Of a stretch of DNA of 64,000 nt, positions 63,501 to 64,000 are shown piece after piece. The first letter of the stretch is position 1. Each line of letters starts with the position of its first letter. The notes beneath the pieces were generated by a model that saw only the letters and a program-made list of their open reading frames with translations, had not been told where the DNA came from and ran no database searches. Location: assembly GCF_039654945.1 (NCBI RefSeq), contig NW_027361709.1:2790001-2854000 (forward strand), in the 5' to 3' direction. This DNA comes from Dendrobates tinctorius (Eukaryota). The position numbers and the translations under genes are program-made.

Positions 63501-64000
63501 CTGAGGTTGCCTGCTTCGCTCCGGGTTCCCAACGCTTTCCATGTCTCGCTCTTGAAACCCGTAGTCCTGAATCAGTTCCAACCAGTTTCCATCGCCCCTC
63601 CTTCACCTGTTGTCTCGGACAACGTCTTTGAGGTCAAGGACATCTTGGCTATGAAAAGAGTCAGGGGAAAGACCCTTTTTCTTATCGATTGGAAGGGTTT
63701 TGGTCCCGAGGAAAGGTCCTGGGAGCCTCGAGAAAATATCAACGCTCCCCGGATTCTGAAAAAGTTTTTGGCCAATCTCAGTGGGGGAGGACGTAAGGAC
63801 AGGGGTACTGTGACATCGGCGGCTATGCCCGCCGATGCCCCTCCAGCGGCAGCGCACGCCGCAGCGTCCTCTTACCTGCGCGCCCCCGTCCAGGCGCGCG
63901 CCCGTCCTACGTTCTCCCTCACAGCGGCTCCTGGCACCCGCTCCCTGCCGCGCGCACACCCCCTCCCGCTCTCCCTCCAGCGGTGGGCGGCGCTGAGGGG
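60540..64000 (+). pseudogene. Gypsy pol (protease-RT-RNase H-integrase-chromodomain) with one premature stop
   Basis: VDSGA protease, LRPCIDYRGLN and YLDD RT, DAS..G..AVL RNase H, HHCC zinc finger and DDE integrase, GPF motif, and chromodomain FEVKDIL...FLIDWKGFGPEERSWEP. TGA at 62973-62975 sits where Trp is expected (SRF*RAL). The frame stays open to the window end. Confidence 0.92.

Larger units (their letters stand above)
59392..64000 (+). mobile_element. Ty3/Gypsy chromodomain LTR retrotransposon (Sushi/PEG10-like); 5' LTR truncated, 3' LTR runs off the window
   Basis: 5' LTR remnant ends GTTACA (59518), followed by gag and pol. Polypurine tract ~63782-63805. 3' LTR starts TGTGAC at 63809. 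Confidence 0.95.

Noticed and set aside
59532-64000. Domesticated PEG10/RTL-like host gene
   Set aside because: It retains LTRs, PPT, RT and integrase, and has a lost start, a frameshift and a stop; it is a decaying retrotransposon.

Overview
Vertebrate genomic DNA, inferred from its repeat families to be a frog (anuran). It contains two kinds of host gene. (1) A complete 20-exon urocanate hydratase gene, uroc1 (+, CDS 4428-18944, 677 aa, one GC-AG intron). (2) Two tandem 5-exon genes (+, 32577-37721 and 50544-54152) whose coding sequences look identical by eye. They encode a 171-aa secreted dermatopontin-family protein (hemagglutinin/amebocyte aggregation factor, HAAF-like). Downstream of uroc1 the region was built by two overlapping tandem duplications with microhomology junctions (about 19096-25549 / 25545-30889 and about 28994-42470 / 42468-59391). 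Because the paralogous copies preserve empty sites, many later transposon insertions can be bounded exactly. Mobile DNA includes an IR/DR Tc1 element, PIF/Harbinger-, Kolobok/T2- and hAT-type non-autonomous elements, Helitron ends, solo LTRs, and a chromodomain Ty3/Gypsy (Sushi/PEG10-like) element running off the right edge. Several Penelope-like elements (PLEs) carry hammerhead-ribozyme-like motifs, one of them inside a 0.5-kb-arm palindrome. There are also 22-, 40- and 81/86-bp tandem arrays. Most long ORFs in the supplied track are artefacts of these arrays. All alignments and coordinates were derived by eye.
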